Assembly (NCBI GenBank): GCA_964385945.1
Contig: CAYLQJ010000002.1
Coordinates: forward strand, 1-44,603
Source: an uncultured Candidatus Saccharibacteria bacterium
GTDB taxonomy: Bacteria > Patescibacteriota > Minisyncoccia > Phycocordibacterales > UBA9973
DNA: 44,603 nucleotides
Reading direction: 5' to 3'
The notes under the pieces were generated by a model. That model did no database searches, was not told the DNA's origin, and saw only the letters and a list, made by a program, of their open reading frames with translations. This document shows positions 9,041 through 15,793 of the stretch, in pieces (positions within the stretch are counted from its first letter, which is position 1; every line of letters begins with the position of its first letter). Made by a program: the position numbers and the translations under genes.

Positions 9041-9259
9041 CTAAGCTTTTTTAGCTTTTGCTTTAGCTTGTTTCTTTTCTACTTTTTTAACAAGATTTAA
9101 AACTTGTCTACCTCTGTACATTCCTGTTGCAGGGTTAACGCGGTGTCTTAAATGCATTGTTCCAGTTTCTGGATCAACTGCTAAAGTTCTATTTTTAAGA
9201 GCATGATGGGAACGTCTGTTCCCTGTATGCCCTTTTGTATGTCTCATTCTTATAACCAT
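9041..9259 (-). CDS. rpmF: 50S ribosomal protein L32 (cysteine-less form)
   Basis: RHTKGHTGNRRSHHALK matches the L32 hallmark (..RRSHHAL..). Small and basic; no Cys residues. Confidence 0.85.
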   Translation of the reverse strand: MVIRMRHTKGHTGNRRSHHALKNRTLAVDPETGTMHLRHRVNPATGMYRGRQVLNLVKKVEKKQAKAKAKKA

Positions 9260-9268
9260 AATGTTTTT

Positions 9269-9297
9269 ATATTAGCAAATAAAATAAAGAATAGCAA
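9269..9297 (-). promoter_or_regulatory. Sigma70-like promoter of rpmF
   Basis: The minus strand reads TTGCTA (9297-9292), 17 nt, TAATAT (9274-9269), 9 nt, ATG 9259. Confidence 0.4.
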
Positions 9298-9356
9298 ATA
9301 AATAATAAAAAAAGCCTCATTATTATAAATAAGACTTTTTGTAGTTTTTTAAAAAA

Positions 9357-10154
9357 TTAAACAAAGAAAGTCGCATTTCCAAATTTGGAGTATCGATTTT
9401 CGATAGAATGAGACGAATAAAAATCACAACTATCATTAGAAGAACCGTTAGAAGAATAAGTAGGAACAGAATTGTCGAATACAAATTTATCTCCAATACA
9501 AGTTACTCCTAAATAATTCCAAGTGTCTGAGGCTAATTTCGGGTGTGTTAATTTAATACACCCAGCAAAAACAGAACTTAAACCATATTCATTTGAAAAG
9601 AGTTTAGTGTTTGCAGGTTCTGCCCTGCGCATAAAACCCAACTGTGAATTTATTATCCAAATGTCGCTTACTCTTTTGTTTTCTCCTTGAAAATAAGAAA
9701 GCTTGGAATAACCATCCACACTTCTTTCTGTTTGAATAAAATATTGAGGGCTCAAAACTCCATTTCTATAATTAATAAAAGCCATTTTTTCTCCTATTAT
9801 TCGAAACAAAAAATACAAGCTTTCGCAATACATGGTCGGGTTAAAAACGTCAGGTTTTGGATACCTTAAAAGCTTTTTAAACCCAAAAGGTGAAATAACT
9901 GCAAACAGGCCGTCATTTTCATGACAACCGTCAGGTAAATCATACTTAGTTCTGCCAGAGTACAAATACTCTAAGGCCATAGATGGATCTAGACTAGGAA
10001 TTGAATCTGGATCTAAACCTGGGTTTAATGAAAAATAAGGCCTTTTATTGAAATCATTTACAGTATCAGTTAGGATTTGAATTTGTGATTCAACACCCTT
10101 TCTACAAAAAGCAGGGTTATAACCATAACCCCCTTTTACAACTTCTATTTCCAT
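9357..10154 (-). CDS. Hypothetical protein (265 aa), no recognisable motif
   Basis: Long uninterrupted ORF with its own terminator-like hairpin downstream (about 9312-9336). No signal peptide or TM segment seen. Confidence 0.6.
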   Translation of the reverse strand: MEIEVVKGGYGYNPAFCRKGVESQIQILTDTVNDFNKRPYFSLNPGLDPDSIPSLDPSMALEYLYSGRTKYDLPDGCHENDGLFAVISPFGFKKLLRYPKPDVFNPTMYCESLYFLFRIIGEKMAFINYRNGVLSPQYFIQTERSVDGYSKLSYFQGENKRVSDIWIINSQLGFMRRAEPANTKLFSNEYGLSSVFAGCIKLTHPKLASDTWNYLGVTCIGDKFVFDNSVPTYSSNGSSNDSCDFYSSHSIENRYSKFGNATFFV

Positions 10155-10230
10155 TTTATATTATTTTTTTATATTAATTAAGAACTTTGTTATTTCAGGC
10201 GTAGTATGTCACAACCAATAAAAAAAATCA

Positions 10231-10270
10231 AAATAAAAAGCCTGACTGTAAAATAAATTACAATCAGACT
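10231..10270 (-). terminator. Intrinsic terminator of the 10280-10867 gene
   Basis: 12-bp stem 10239-10250 / 10259-10270. The two C-A mismatches on the plus strand become G-U pairs on the minus-strand RNA, which is followed by UUUUUAUUU. Confidence 0.7.
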
Positions 10271-10279
10271 TTCCTCTAT

Positions 10280-10867
10280 TCACTCCCAATTAAATTCTGA
10301 AAGTGAGTCAATTTTTATTTGCTCAGATTCTAACCCAAGCTCTAACCCTTGGACAAGTGGTGTTCTGTGTTTTTTGAAAATTTCATTATCTGGAAAATTT
10401 CCTAAAACTTCATCGGGGTAAAAAAATACCAGTTTACTAACATCTTCAGACTCCAGCACTTTTGCTTCGCCAGATTTAAAATATCCCTTAATAAAAAAGA
10501 ATTTTTTGATAATAGTCTTTTTATTTTCAATATCATCTTCTTCTTGCAAATAAACTGGTTTAAGTACTGAGGGATAAACCCCAGTCTCCATAAGGAATTT
10601 TCTGATCAAACTTCTAGCTTGACGGCTTCTTTTAAGTAAACTTTCTTGATGTGACAAGAATTCAACCTCCTTATCAGAAAAACCTGAGGCAGAAAGAAGT
10701 TCTTTAAATTTTTTTAACCACGCATCTAGACTACAATCAATTTTTTCCTGCATTCCTCCAGGGAGTTTAATCAGTTTATTGCCTTGATAATCTTCCTTAG
10801 TTAAAAGAACTTTATCATCAATGATTAAAATTCCCGCATTATAATATAGATATTCAAAATTTTCCAT
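10280..10867 (-). CDS. Hypothetical protein, possibly a divergent (split-box) Nudix fold
   Basis: GILIIDDKVLL...LPGGMQE resembles the Nudix beta-strand/loop. About 45 aa later, RKFLMETGV resembles the REUxEExGU half of the box but lacks two Glu residues. Ends with TGA. Confidence 0.3.
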   Translation of the reverse strand: MENFEYLYYNAGILIIDDKVLLTKEDYQGNKLIKLPGGMQEKIDCSLDAWLKKFKELLSASGFSDKEVEFLSHQESLLKRSRQARSLIRKFLMETGVYPSVLKPVYLQEEDDIENKKTIIKKFFFIKGYFKSGEAKVLESEDVSKLVFFYPDEVLGNFPDNEIFKKHRTPLVQGLELGLESEQIKIDSLSEFNWE

Positions 10868-10930
10868 TTTTACTGTTTTTGGAAATTTAAAAATTTTATT
10901 TTCAAAGACCTAAATCTTTGTATCTATAAT

Positions 10931-10958
10931 ATAGTATCACATTAATATTAAAAGTCAA
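10931..10958 (-). promoter_or_regulatory. Sigma70-like promoter for the 10280-10867 gene
   Basis: The minus strand reads TTGACT (10958-10953), 16 nt, TACTAT (10936-10931). The leader is about 60 nt. Confidence 0.4.
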
Positions 10959-11001
10959 GTATATGAAAAGACTCATAAATTTGATACTATTTAAAGATAC
11001 T

Positions 11002-12744
11002 ATGGAAAACAAAGACTTACAAAACAAAAGACATACTTTAGCCCACTTGCTCGCAAGTGCAGTTTTAGAAATTTATCCTGATACTAAAAACACTATCGGT
11101 CCCGCTATAGACGACGGATTTTATTATGATTTTGAATTTTCTACCCCAATTTCTGATAAAGACTTAGCTCAAATAGAGAACAAGATGAGAAAGATGTTGC
11201 CTAAATGGATAGAATTCTCACATCAAGAAAAGACCAAAGAAGAAGCAAGTGAGTATTTTCAAAATAATCCTTATAAATTAGAACTCATAAATGAGATAGC
11301 CGAAAAAGGTGAAAAAATAACTTTCTATACTTGTGGAGATTTTACTGATCTTTGCCGTGGAGGACATTCTGAAAATCCTAGTAAAGAAATCAATATTGAT
11401 TCATTCAAGCTCGATCGCGTCGCGGGAGCGTATTGGAGAGGAGATGAGAAGAATAAAATGCTAACTCGTATTTACGGACTCGCTTTTGAAACTAAAGAAG
11501 AATTAGAATCCTATTTAAATCAAAGAGAAGAAGCTCGCAAAAGAGATCACAAGAAGCTCGGTCGCGAATTAGACTTATTTACTTTTTCAGAATTAGTAGG
11601 AGCAGGTCTTCCCCTTTTCACTCCCAAAGGGACTCTAGTTAGAGATTTACTGGACGGTTTCGTTTGGGAACTCCGCCAAAAGGTAGGATACGAAAGAGTA
11701 GATATTCCTCATATTACCAAAAAAGAATTGTACGTTACTTCAGGCCACTGGGATAAATTCAAAGATGATTTATTCAGAATAAATACTCGTGAGGAACATG
11801 AATTCGCCATGAAACCAATGAATTGCCCTCACCACACTCAGATATATAACCGTCGTCAATGGAGTTATAAAGAACTTCCTCAAAGATATGCTTCTACAAC
11901 GAAAGTTTATCGCGACGAACAAACTGGTGAACTTGGAGGACTTTCTCGTGTACGTTCTATTACTCAGGACGACGCTCATGTATTCTGTAGACTAATTGAC
12001 GCTGGAATAGAAATGGAAAGAATTTATAATATTATAAAAACTTTTTATGGAGCTTTCGGTTTCGTTTTAACACCTAGACTTTCAATGCATGATCCAGCAA
12101 ATATGACTGCTTATCTAGGTACAGAAGAAACTTGGCAAAATTCAGAAAAAGCTCTTCGTGACATAATATTAAAAAATGGTGAGACTCCCATAGAAGCTCT
12201 CGGTGAAGCTGCTTTCTACGGACCAAAGATAGACTTCTTGGCAAAAGATGCTATTGGAAGAGAACACCAAGTCGCAACTATTCAACTCGATATGAATATG
12301 CCAGATAGATTTGATTTGTATTGTATCAATGAACAAGGAGAACAAGAGCGCATTGTTATGATTCACGCAGCTATTATGGGATCTATAGAGAGATTCATGT
12401 CTGTACTCATTGAACATGTAGGAGGTGCATTCCCTACCTGGCTTTCCCCTGTCCAAGTCTCTATCGTACCGGTCAGAGAGAATCATAATGATAAAGCTAG
12501 AGAAATCTATGAAGCTCTAAAACGCGAAGATATACGAGTAGAATTAGAAGACGACAATAATTCATTAGGTAAAAGAATCAACCATGCTAAAGCTCAAAAA
12601 GTCCCATACGTAGTAGTCTTAGGTGACAAAGAACTCGAGAGTGGAAATCTCACAGTAGAAAGTCGTACCGATAAACAAGAAATAACTCTAGAGAATTTCA
12701 TTCTAAAACTAAAAGAAGAAATTAAAAATAAAACTTTGAATTAA
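11002..12744 (+). CDS. thrS: Threonyl-tRNA synthetase lacking the N-terminal TGS domain
   Basis: Starts directly in the editing/second additional domain (RHTLAHLLASAV..., DLCRGGHSENPS). Class II core follows (FAMKPMNCPHHTQIY, YRDEQTGELGGLSRVRSITQDDAHVF), then the anticodon-binding domain. An alternative ATG at 10963 adds 13 aa. Confidence 0.95.
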   Translation: MENKDLQNKRHTLAHLLASAVLEIYPDTKNTIGPAIDDGFYYDFEFSTPISDKDLAQIENKMRKMLPKWIEFSHQEKTKEEASEYFQNNPYKLELINEIAEKGEKITFYTCGDFTDLCRGGHSENPSKEINIDSFKLDRVAGAYWRGDEKNKMLTRIYGLAFETKEELESYLNQREEARKRDHKKLGRELDLFTFSELVGAGLPLFTPKGTLVRDLLDGFVWELRQKVGYERVDIPHITKKELYVTSGHWDKFKDDLFRINTREEHEFAMKPMNCPHHTQIYNRRQWSYKELPQRYASTTKVYRDEQTGELGGLSRVRSITQDDAHVFCRLIDAGIEMERIYNIIKTFYGAFGFVLTPRLSMHDPANMTAYLGTEETWQNSEKALRDIILKNGETPIEALGEAAFYGPKIDFLAKDAIGREHQVATIQLDMNMPDRFDLYCINEQGEQERIVMIHAAIMGSIERFMSVLIEHVGGAFPTWLSPVQVSIVPVRENHNDKAREIYEALKREDIRVELEDDNNSLGKRINHAKAQKVPYVVVLGDKELESGNLTVESRTDKQEITLENFILKLKEEIKNKTLN

Positions 12745-12782
12745 AAAAACCTTAACTGTATAAATCCACTGTTAAGGTTTTC
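12743..12782. terminator. Bidirectional intrinsic terminator (thrS and the convergent orphan ORF)
   Basis: A-run, stem ACCTTAAC / GTTAAGGT (12749-12756 / 12771-12778), T-run. Confidence 0.7.
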
Positions 12783-12803
12783 AGATTTGCAAAAATCCTT
12801 TAT

Positions 12804-13241
12804 TTATTTTTTATAAACTAATAAAACCTTTACCATTTTAACTAATCTAGCTCCGAAAGATTCCATTAATATTATTTCCTCATCTCTGTCCTTAGGTTTT
12901 TGATTATGTATCTCTAAAACAAAATAATCTGACAACTCTTCGACAGATGAAGTTGAACATTTAACATGATCACCACCCCTTACAACTGAAGATGTGTGGC
13001 GAAATTGTTTCACATTAAAAATCTCTTTTGTTTCGGTAAAAGATAAATCGAAAAGATAAAGATGACAAGATTCATATTCTTCGTCTAACCCATAAGCATA
13101 GAAATCAAAATGCTTGAGGTTTCCAGTAAAAAAATGATCAAAAACCAAAAAGACACTCTGTCCAGTACTAATATTTTCGAACTTCAAAACTTGACCAGGT
13201 AGTAAATTTTGAAACTCTTTGAGAGAATTTAAAACAGTCAT
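12804..13241 (-). CDS. Hypothetical protein (145 aa), cassette ORF 1
   Basis: ORF preceded by conserved promoter block A. No motif recognised. Confidence 0.55.
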   Translation of the reverse strand: MTVLNSLKEFQNLLPGQVLKFENISTGQSVFLVFDHFFTGNLKHFDFYAYGLDEEYESCHLYLFDLSFTETKEIFNVKQFRHTSSVVRGGDHVKCSTSSVEELSDYFVLEIHNQKPKDRDEEIILMESFGARLVKMVKVLLVYKK

Positions 13242-13264
13242 AATGTATTAAATTTAAATGTGAT

Positions 13265-13318
13265 TTAAAAAGAAGTATTCTCCAAAACAATAACATTTTT
13301 AGATAAAATAGCAAGAAA
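13265..13318 (-). promoter_or_regulatory. Conserved promoter/operator block, copy A
   Basis: Minus strand: TTGCTA (13314-13309), 16 nt, TATTGT (13292-13287) with TG one nt upstream. About 90 percent identical to copies B and C. Confidence 0.55.
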
Positions 13319-13345
13319 ACAAAAACCTCTCAGACTTGAGAGGTT
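13316..13345 (-). terminator. Intrinsic terminator of the 13344-13805 gene
   Basis: Stem AACCTCTCA / TGAGAGGTT (13324-13332 / 13337-13345), 4-nt loop. The minus-strand RNA is followed by UUUUUGUUUU. Confidence 0.7.
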
Positions 13346-13805
13346 AATCTATATACTTTATTTCAATACCCAATTCTTCTGCTGTTTCGTGCTCCCAGAT
13401 AGCGCCTTTGGAACTTTGCCAATTGGGTAAAAAATAAAAAGTTTTGACTTTGCCAGACTTAAAAATTGGCAAATAAAAATCATTCATAATACTTTGATAA
13501 ACTTTTTCTTTATCTTGCTCTTCTGCTTTAAATTTTTGAATAGTTTCTTCGAAAGGCATTTGGTCAAAAATATTTATATTTTGTGATTGTAATTTTTTAA
13601 TATTTTGATTAAAAAAATCTAAGTTCTTTTCTATAGAATTAAAACCTCCATTAGTAACAGGTCCGCAAACTTGGCCTACAGGCAAAGGGATCCTATCAAT
13701 AATCCTTTCTGCAATAATAAAAAGATCAGGAATATTTTTAGCATTCGCTAAATCTTCCCAATCTTTTTCTTCCCAATATTTTAAAGTTATTTCACTAAAA
13801 TTCAT
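13344..13805 (-). CDS. Hypothetical protein, possibly DUF4406 / nucleoside 2-deoxyribosyltransferase-like
   Basis: VCGPVTNGG...NIFDQMPFE... and the C-terminal YFLPNWQSSKGAIWEHETAEELGIEI resemble the DUF4406 pattern (ISGPxTG ... LPGWxxSxGAxxExxxAxxLG), recalled from memory. The ORF-track start 13907 would include a terminator hairpin (13861-13879), so ATG 13805 is preferred. Confidence 0.4.
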   Translation of the reverse strand: MNFSEITLKYWEEKDWEDLANAKNIPDLFIIAERIIDRIPLPVGQVCGPVTNGGFNSIEKNLDFFNQNIKKLQSQNINIFDQMPFEETIQKFKAEEQDKEKVYQSIMNDFYLPIFKSGKVKTFYFLPNWQSSKGAIWEHETAEELGIEIKYID

Positions 13806-13832
13806 AATATAAATAAAATGTAACATAAATGC

Positions 13833-13860
13833 AATAAAAATTAAAGTTTGAATTAAAAAA
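13833..13860 (+). pseudogene. Short relic of the thrS 3' end (third copy)
   Basis: AAAGTTTGAATTAAAAAA (13843-13860) is an 18/18 match to the thrS-tail relic at 14950-14967 (..K S L N stop). As in the other two copies, a terminator hairpin follows directly. Confidence 0.4.
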
Positions 13861-13879
13861 CCAGAACTATGAGTTCTGG
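13855..13879 (-). terminator. Intrinsic terminator of the 13918-14193 gene
   Basis: Perfect 8-bp stem CCAGAACT / AGTTCTGG (13861-13868 / 13872-13879), 3-nt loop. The minus-strand RNA is followed by UUUUUU. Confidence 0.7.
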
Positions 13880-13917
13880 CAAAATATTCAACTTTGTATA
13901 TCATCAACTTAGCGAAT

Positions 13918-14193
13918 TTAATTACTCAATTTTTTCCCATTAAGCAATTGGGATATTTCTTCTTTTAGTAAATCTAAGTCTAAAACTCCTAAACGCTTGA
14001 AATCAGTTGAACCTCTTTTACTGTCTTTTGTTTTTTGCTTTTTGTGTAGTTTCCCACATTCATAAATTATATCTGCAATAAGTTGAAAAAATGGGTCCTC
14101 TCCTTCCTTTACCTCATTCAAAGAAGGATGAGCATGAACATCAGCACCTACAAGATACAATTTAAGTAGTTTTTTCTTTTCTTGCTCAGTCAT
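13918..14193 (-). CDS. Small hypothetical protein (91 aa), cassette ORF 2; paralog of 15021-15293
   Basis: YLVGADV...EGEDPFFQLIADIIYECGKLHKK aligns with YLLGIGG...QGKDKYFKIITDLLYDCGTRHKK in the 90-aa ORF. It has its own promoter block B and terminator. Confidence 0.6.
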   Translation of the reverse strand: MTEQEKKKLLKLYLVGADVHAHPSLNEVKEGEDPFFQLIADIIYECGKLHKKQKTKDSKRGSTDFKRLGVLDLDLLKEEISQLLNGKKLSN

Positions 14194-14214
14194 AAGTATT
14201 AAATTTAAAAAGTT

Positions 14215-14268
14215 ATTTAAAAAGAAATATTCCCTAAAACAATAACATTTTTAGGCAAAATAGCAAGA
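14215..14268 (-). promoter_or_regulatory. Conserved promoter/operator block, copy B
   Basis: Minus strand: TTGCTA (14266-14261), 16 nt, TATTGT (14244-14239). The inverted repeat CCTAAAA-N9-TTTTAGG (14233-14255) brackets the -10 box. Confidence 0.55.
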
Positions 14269-14364
14269 TTACTGTTCTAGATAAGACCTGCACCGTAATT
14301 TTACATAATATAAAAAATAAGCTAATATAAAAATGAATATCTTGTAACTCTTAAAAAAATAATT

Positions 14365-14757
14365 ATGTCTTACCAATCTTTAGAAATCAAAGATTTATAC
14401 ATTAAATCTCTTAATGAACAAAATGACACTCTTTTGGTAGCTATCTATCATTTATTAAACACAATTAATGGCTATCATTCTGTCACAGTAAAAGAATTAA
14501 ACGATTATTCTATAATAAAGGAAGAATCATTAAGGGAAAAAATAAAAATAATTCTTAAAACAAACAAACCACTTGATTTATTTAATACACTCTTAGAAAA
14601 TTCACCTAAAGAAGATGCAAAAAAATATCTTCTAAACTTAAAAGAAGAATTTATTCATACTATTTTATCTAGTCCTTATAATCAATCCAGATTCTCAGGA
14701 AGAAGAGCAAAAATGTTCACAAAAACAACAACAGAAAACATCAATCAAATACATTAA
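14365..14757 (+). CDS. Hypothetical protein (130 aa)
   Basis: ORF followed by a strong terminator. No motif recognised. Confidence 0.5.
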   Translation: MSYQSLEIKDLYIKSLNEQNDTLLVAIYHLLNTINGYHSVTVKELNDYSIIKEESLREKIKIILKTNKPLDLFNTLLENSPKEDAKKYLLNLKEEFIHTILSSPYNQSRFSGRRAKMFTKTTTENINQIH

Positions 14758-14761
14758 AATT

Positions 14762-14797
14762 AAAAGAGATAACCTTTATGGGATTATCTCTTTTTTA
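14762..14797. terminator. Bidirectional intrinsic terminator
   Basis: Perfect 8-bp stem AGAGATAA / TTATCTCT (14765-14772 / 14784-14791), A-run before and TTTTTT after. Confidence 0.75.
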
Positions 14798-14798
14798 T

Positions 14799-14840
14799 TT
14801 ATATATCAATCTCAGCAAGCTTCGCGTTAGATTGAACAAA
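14799..14840 (-). pseudogene. Displaced relic of the gyrB 3' end (last 13 codons + stop)
   Basis: Minus-strand translation is FVQSNAKLAEIDI* versus the real gyrB C-terminus FIQSNAKLAEIDI* (15794-15835). 9 of 42 nt differ and 8 of those are synonymous. Confidence 0.75.
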
Positions 14841-14866
14841 TTGTGCAACATCCGATGTTGCACAAT
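14840..14866. repeat. Perfect 12-bp inverted repeat with 3-nt spacer at the gyrB-relic / thrS-relic junction
   Basis: ATTGTGCAACAT-ccg-ATGTTGCACAAT (14840-14851 / 14855-14866). Confidence 0.9.
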
Positions 14867-14876
14867 GCGCAATTAA

Positions 14877-14963
14877 GTAGAAAGTCGTACAGACAAACAA
14901 GAAATGACCCTAGATAATTTCATTCTAAAACTTAAAGAAGAAATAAAAAAAAGTTTGAATTAA
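14877..14963 (+). pseudogene. Displaced relic of the thrS 3' end (28 codons + stop)
   Basis: Translates in frame to VESRTDKQEMTLDNFILKLKEEIKKSLN* versus the real thrS end VESRTDKQEITLENFILKLKEEIKNKTLN* (12655-12744). Most nt differences are synonymous, plus one codon indel. Confidence 0.85.
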
Positions 14964-15000
14964 AAAAGCCTTAACTATATAAATATATAATTAAGACTTT
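14962..15000. terminator. Terminator hairpin homologous to the thrS terminator; better in the minus orientation (serves the 15021-15293 gene)
   Basis: Stem GCCTTAA / TTAAGAC (one mismatch) at 14968-14974 / 14991-14997. The minus-strand RNA is followed by UUUUUU; the plus strand has only TTT. Confidence 0.5.
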
Positions 15001-15020
15001 CAAATGTATTAAAACTAAAA

Positions 15021-15293
15021 TCAACTTTCAAACAAAAGCTCATTCACAGCTGATGTTTGGAGCGTTACTTTAATTGATTTTGGAGCACGACAAGGATTTC
15101 TTAATTTTTTGGCTTTTTCAAGTTCTTCTATGTCTTTTTTATGACGTGTACCACAATCATAAAGTAAATCAGTAATAATTTTAAAATATTTGTCTTTCCC
15201 TTGTTGTAAATAAATCAAGCCGGCTGTATTACCGCCAATTCCAAGAAGATAGGCTCTAAGGATTTGTTTTATAAAAGTAATTTTATCTAACAT
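15021..15293 (-). CDS. Small hypothetical protein (90 aa), cassette ORF 3; paralog of 13918-14193
   Basis: See the paralog alignment above. Preceded by promoter block C. Confidence 0.6.
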   Translation of the reverse strand: MLDKITFIKQILRAYLLGIGGNTAGLIYLQQGKDKYFKIITDLLYDCGTRHKKDIEELEKAKKLRNPCRAPKSIKVTLQTSAVNELLFES

Positions 15294-15315
15294 GTTAAAA
15301 AATTAAGTTGTGAAA

Positions 15316-15368
15316 TAAAAAGAAATATTCCCTAAAACAATAACATTTTTAGGCAAAATAGCAAGAAA
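15316..15368 (-). promoter_or_regulatory. Conserved promoter/operator block, copy C
   Basis: Minus strand: TTGCTA (15364-15359), 16 nt, TATTGT (15342-15337). Nearly identical to copy B over about 50 nt. Confidence 0.55.
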
Positions 15369-15395
15369 GAATTAAAAATTAAAAATGTAGGTTTA

Positions 15396-15788
15396 TTAAC
15401 TTACCCTACTAGTAATAAACAGAGAATCGAACATTTGGAATTTGTACCATACATATAAAATAATAAATAATACAAATAAACTTATTATTAATGATAAAAT
15501 TGAATATTTTTCCGCTCCCTTTTGAGATCTAAAAAATAAATTCAAAGCAAAGAAAATAGATAAAACATTAAAAATTAATATTAAAATTGGTAAAAGAAAG
15601 CCTAACTTTTCTAACCCAGAAGATGATTCACCCTTCATACCTAATCCAAAGCTTATAGCTATCATTATCATAAACAACAAAAAAAATAAAAAATTAAAAC
15701 CAATTTGGAAAAATGGAAGTGCTATTTCCCACTTACTTCTAATTTGTTTTTGATTACTAGGTTCTTGTTTAATATTTATTTCAACCAT
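15396..15788 (-). CDS. Hypothetical integral membrane protein (130 aa)
   Basis: Three to four hydrophobic helices. Starts 5 nt after the gyrB stop, so it is probably co-transcribed. Confidence 0.55.
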   Translation of the reverse strand: MVEINIKQEPSNQKQIRSKWEIALPFFQIGFNFLFFLLFMIMIAISFGLGMKGESSSGLEKLGFLLPILILIFNVLSIFFALNLFFRSQKGAEKYSILSLIISLFVLFIILYVWYKFQMFDSLFITSRVS

Positions 15789-15793
15789 ATTTT

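Noticed and set aside
10280-10282. Possible UGA recoding (genetic code 25, as in some CPR lineages)
   Set aside because: TGA functions as the stop of this ORF. All conserved genes are intact under the standard code with no in-frame TGA needed.
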